The notes under the pieces are model-generated. The model saw only the letters and a program-made list of their open reading frames with translations. It had not been told where the DNA came from and did not search any database. The position numbers and the translations under genes were made by a program. Positions 40,336-43,746 of a DNA stretch of 43,746 nucleotides are shown here, in pieces (position 1 is the stretch's first letter; the number at the start of each line of letters is the position of its first letter). Source of the stretch: Bacteroidia bacterium (GTDB lineage: Bacteria > Bacteroidota > Bacteroidia > UBA4408); NCBI GenBank assembly GCA_040080595.1, contig JBEBIC010000001.1, forward strand, positions 1-43,746. Reading direction: 5' to 3'.

Positions 40336-42258
40336 ATGGAAATTAAAGCAGGCCCATTATTAGAAAACATTGTAACTCCGCACGATTTGCGCCAATTAAA
40401 TGAGCGTCAATTAAAACAAGTATGCGATGAGTTGCGCCAATACATTATAGATGTAGTATCCACCAAAGGTGGGCATTTTGGCGCAAGCCTTGGTGTAGTA
40501 GAGCTTACGGTAGCATTGCACTATGTGTTTAACACGCCAACCGACCAATTGGTATGGGACGTGGGACATCAAGCATACGGACACAAAATACTTACAGGAC
40601 GTAGAGCCAATTTTGCTACACAACGTGTGTACAAAGGCTTGTCGGGCTTTCCTAAACGTACCGAAAGCGAGTACGATACTTTTGGTGTAGGACACTCAAG
40701 CACCAGTATTGGTGCAGCTTTGGGTATGGCGGTTGCTAACCGTTTGCAAAATGATAACCGCCAACACATAGCCGTAATAGGCGATGGCGCTATGACAGCA
40801 GGTATGGCGTTTGAAGCCCTAAACCACGCAGGTGTTGAAAACAGTAACTTGCTGGTAGTATTGAATGATAACTGCATGAGCATTGACCCTAATGTAGGGG
40901 CGTTGAAAGAATATTTAACTGATATTACCACATCAAAAACATACAACAAAGCCAAAGATAAAATATGGGATTTGTTGGGCAAGGTATCTAAGTTTGGACC
41001 TAATGCGCAAGAAATAGCAAGCAAGATAGAGAACGCTGTAAAAACTTCGTTGCTATCGCAAAGCAATATGTTTGAATCGTTAAGCTTTAGGTATTTTGGC
41101 CCTGTTGATGGGCACGATGTAGATTATTTACAAAAAGTATTAGCCGATTTAAAAGAGATACCAGGCCCTAAAATATTGCATGTACTTACCAAAAAAGGTA
41201 AGGGTTACAAGTTTAGCGAAGAAGGCAACGAAACCGTGTGGCATGCACCAGGCTTGTTTAACAAGGATACTGGCGAAATTATAAAATCAATACCAACATC
41301 GCCACAACCACCACGTTACCAAGATGTATTTGGACACACCATAGTAGAATTGGCCGAAATGAACGATAAAATTGTGGGCGTAACTCCTGCTATGCCATCA
41401 GGTTCATCGCTTAATATAATGATGAAAGCCATGCCCACACGTGCGTTTGATGTAGGCATAGCTGAGCAACACGCAGTTACATTTAGTGCAGGTATGGCCA
41501 CACAAGGTATGATACCGTTTTGCAACATCTATTCGTCGTTTATGCAACGTGCCTACGACCAAGTAGTACACGATGTTGCCTTACAAAAACTACACGTAGT
41601 ATTGTGCTTAGATAGAGGAGGGCTTGCTGGTGCTGATGGACCTACACACCACGGTACGTTTGATATGGCGTACTTTCGTTGCATTCCTAATATGATAGTG
41701 AGCGCACCTATGAACGAGGAAGAATTGCGTAACCTTATGTACACCGCACAGGCCGAAAATCACGGGCCATTTAGCATACGTTATCCTCGTGGTAATGGTG
41801 TTATGGTAAATTGGAAAACGCCATTTAAACTACTTAAAATAGGTACAGGGCGCAAAGTAAAAGATGGTAACGATATAGCAGTATTAAGCATAGGGCACAT
41901 AGGCAACGAAGTTACTAAAGCTATGGAAACCCTTGCTACACAAGGCATAAGCGTAGCACACTACGATATGCGTTTTGCTAAACCTATTGATGAATTATTG
42001 TTGCACGAAGTGTTTACTAAATTTAATAAAGTAATAACCTTGGAAGACGGTTGCTTAATGGGCGGTATGGGTAGTGCTGTTATAGAATTTATGGCAGATA
42101 ATAATTACACCGCACAAGTTACTCGCCTTGGTATTAAAGACGAATGGATTGAACACGGAGAGCAAGCACAGTTATACGCCGAATGCAACATTGACGCAAA
42201 CGCAGTAACAGCAAGCGTTATCAAAATGATGAACAATGGTAAAAGCCAAACGGCTTAG
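40336..42258 (+). CDS. dxs: 1-deoxy-D-xylulose-5-phosphate synthase
   Basis: 640 aa. N-terminal GGHFGASLGVVELTVALHYVF, TPP motif GDGAMTAGMAFEALNH...LNDN, and a transketolase-like C-terminus. Confidence 0.95.
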   Translation: MEIKAGPLLENIVTPHDLRQLNERQLKQVCDELRQYIIDVVSTKGGHFGASLGVVELTVALHYVFNTPTDQLVWDVGHQAYGHKILTGRRANFATQRVYKGLSGFPKRTESEYDTFGVGHSSTSIGAALGMAVANRLQNDNRQHIAVIGDGAMTAGMAFEALNHAGVENSNLLVVLNDNCMSIDPNVGALKEYLTDITTSKTYNKAKDKIWDLLGKVSKFGPNAQEIASKIENAVKTSLLSQSNMFESLSFRYFGPVDGHDVDYLQKVLADLKEIPGPKILHVLTKKGKGYKFSEEGNETVWHAPGLFNKDTGEIIKSIPTSPQPPRYQDVFGHTIVELAEMNDKIVGVTPAMPSGSSLNIMMKAMPTRAFDVGIAEQHAVTFSAGMATQGMIPFCNIYSSFMQRAYDQVVHDVALQKLHVVLCLDRGGLAGADGPTHHGTFDMAYFRCIPNMIVSAPMNEEELRNLMYTAQAENHGPFSIRYPRGNGVMVNWKTPFKLLKIGTGRKVKDGNDIAVLSIGHIGNEVTKAMETLATQGISVAHYDMRFAKPIDELLLHEVFTKFNKVITLEDGCLMGGMGSAVIEFMADNNYTAQVTRLGIKDEWIEHGEQAQLYAECNIDANAVTASVIKMMNNGKSQTA

Positions 42259-42298
42259 TTATACACAACCCACTTAAAAATATACATACAACTACAAA

Positions 42299-43708
42299 AT
42301 GACAACATTAACACAAAACTACCGTGTAGAACACGATACCATGGGCGAGGTAAAAGTACCTGCCAACAAGTACTGGGGCGCACAAACAGAACGTAGCCGC
42401 AACAATTTTAAAATAGGTGCAGAAGCAAGTATGCCTATAGAAATTATACACGCATTTGCTTACCTAAAAAAAGCTGCAGCTATTACTAACTGCGAACTTG
42501 GTGTATTACCTGCTGATAAAAAAGACTTAATAGCAACTACTTGCGATGAAATACTTACTGGTGCTTTAGATAGCGAGTTTCCATTAGTAATATGGCAAAC
42601 AGGTTCGGGTACACAAAGTAATATGAACTGCAACGAAGTAATAGCCAACCGCGCACATGTTATTAATGGTGGTAATTTGGCCGATGATAAAAAAATATTG
42701 CACCCTAATGATGATGTAAACAAATCGCAAAGTAGTAACGATACATTTCCTACGGCTATGCACATAGCGGCTTACAAACAAACAGCCGAAATAACCTTAC
42801 CAGGCATTACCTTATTACGAGATACATTACAAGCTAAAGCCGAAGAATTTAAACACATAGTAAAAACAGGCCGTACCCACTTTATGGATGCTACACCGCT
42901 TACCTTAGGGCAAGTGTTTGGTGGCTTTGCACAACAATTAACCAACAGTATGCGTGCTATTGATAACGCATTAGTAATGGTAAGCGAACTTGCACTAGGC
43001 GGTACAGCAGTAGGCACAGGGCTTAACGCACCTAAGGGCTACGATGTACTGGTAGCTAAGCACATAGCTACCCTTACGGGTTTGCCATTTGTAACCGCTC
43101 CTAATAAGTTTGAAGCCCTTGCAGCACACGATGCTATGGTTGAATTATCAGGCGCATTAAAACGTGCGGCAGTAGCGCTTATGAAAATAGGCAACGATGT
43201 GCGTATGTTAAGCTCAGGCCCACGTAGCGGTATAGGCGAAATTGTTATTCCTGACAACGAACCAGGTTCGTCTATTATGCCAGGTAAAGTTAATCCTACA
43301 CAACCCGAAGCACTTACTATGGTATGCGCACAAGTTATGGGTAACGATGTAGCCGTGAGTATTGGCGGTAGCAACGGACACTTTGAACTAAATGTATTTA
43401 AACCATTAATAGCCGCTAACGTATTACAATCCGCACGCTTGCTGGGCGATGCGTGTGTAAGTTTTACTGTAAATTGTGCAGCAGGTATTACTGCCAACGA
43501 AGCTATAATTAAACGCCACTTAGATAACTCGCTAATGCTTGTAACGGCACTTAACCGCTACATAGGGTATGATAACGCTGCTAAAATAGCTAAGACTGCT
43601 CACAAAGAAAACACTACACTTAAAGAAGCAGCAGTAAAATTAGGCTTAGTAACCAACGAACAATTTGACGAATGGGTAAAACCAATTGAAATGGTTGGGA
43701 ATTTTTAA
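42299..43708 (+). CDS. fumC: Class II fumarate hydratase
   Basis: 469 aa. Signature [13 protein letters not shown] and the N-terminal [23 protein letters not shown] block. Confidence 0.95.
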   Translation: MTTLTQNYRVEHDTMGEVKVPANKYWGAQTERSRNNFKIGAEASMPIEIIHAFAYLKKAAAITNCELGVLPADKKDLIATTCDEILTGALDSEFPLVIWQTGSGTQSNMNCNEVIANRAHVINGGNLADDKKILHPNDDVNKSQSSNDTFPTAMHIAAYKQTAEITLPGITLLRDTLQAKAEEFKHIVKTGRTHFMDATPLTLGQVFGGFAQQLTNSMRAIDNALVMVSELALGGTAVGTGLNAPKGYDVLVAKHIATLTGLPFVTAPNKFEALAAHDAMVELSGALKRAAVALMKIGNDVRMLSSGPRSGIGEIVIPDNEPGSSIMPGKVNPTQPEALTMVCAQVMGNDVAVSIGGSNGHFELNVFKPLIAANVLQSARLLGDACVSFTVNCAAGITANEAIIKRHLDNSLMLVTALNRYIGYDNAAKIAKTAHKENTTLKEAAVKLGLVTNEQFDEWVKPIEMVGNF

Positions 43709-43746
43709 ACTAAACAATAATTGTATCGCCCGCATAACTAAAGTTA

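Noticed and set aside
1-43746. Scan for CRISPR arrays, rRNA/tRNA genes, IS elements, integrases, toxin-antitoxin pairs, restriction-modification genes or known defence genes
   Set aside because: No regularly spaced direct repeats, no structured RNA gene signatures, and no transposase, recombinase, nuclease or methylase motifs appeared in any of the translated frames I read. Absence is based on visual inspection only.

Overview
AT-rich chromosomal segment from a Bacteroidota bacterium. The lineage call rests on four proteins ending in type IX secretion (T9SS) C-terminal sorting domains, SprB-type repeats, a PorT-like barrel next to ubiE, and TAnnTTTG-type -7 promoter boxes. Most of the window is ordinary housekeeping: rodA-mrdA, a DUF502 protein, ftsH-rsfS, birA, an ABC-F ATPase, an FAD oxidoreductase, ubiE, an acyl-CoA synthetase, a ZIP permease, a Leu/Val/Phe-type dehydrogenase, DPP-IV, cdd, dxs and fumC. 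I saw no rRNA or tRNA genes, CRISPR arrays, transposases, integrases or phage genes. The unusual part is about 25.2-34.8 kb, between the ZIP permease and the dehydrogenase. (1) Four tandem paralogous genes (27066-29852) share an almost invariant lipoprotein-type leader plus a C-S-V-Q-K-R-M-Y-S-P-G-Y-N-F-x-W-N box. This head is fused to two alternating kinds of C-terminal membrane module. A fifth gene (25885-27018) reuses the same leader and 5' UTR on a CsgG/LpoB-like domain plus barrel-like region. (2) The divergent promoter region carries three copies of the 15-bp palindrome TTGCAATAAATGCAA at exact 31-bp spacing, in front of an orphan 334-aa HTH regulator. (3) Two outer-membrane barrels flank the locus. 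(4) A T9SS cargo cassette is bracketed by two identical 27-nt palindromic hairpins. I regard the regulator + leader-box array + barrel locus as the best candidate for an undescribed envelope system, but its function is unknown. Other points worth a second look are an RsfS with a ~90-residue histone-H1-like KAAKK tail, a 45-codon aquaporin C-terminal relic directly behind a 1616-aa T9SS adhesin gene, and a paraoxonase-like lipoprotein. All calls come from reading the sequence and the supplied translations; no database search was possible.
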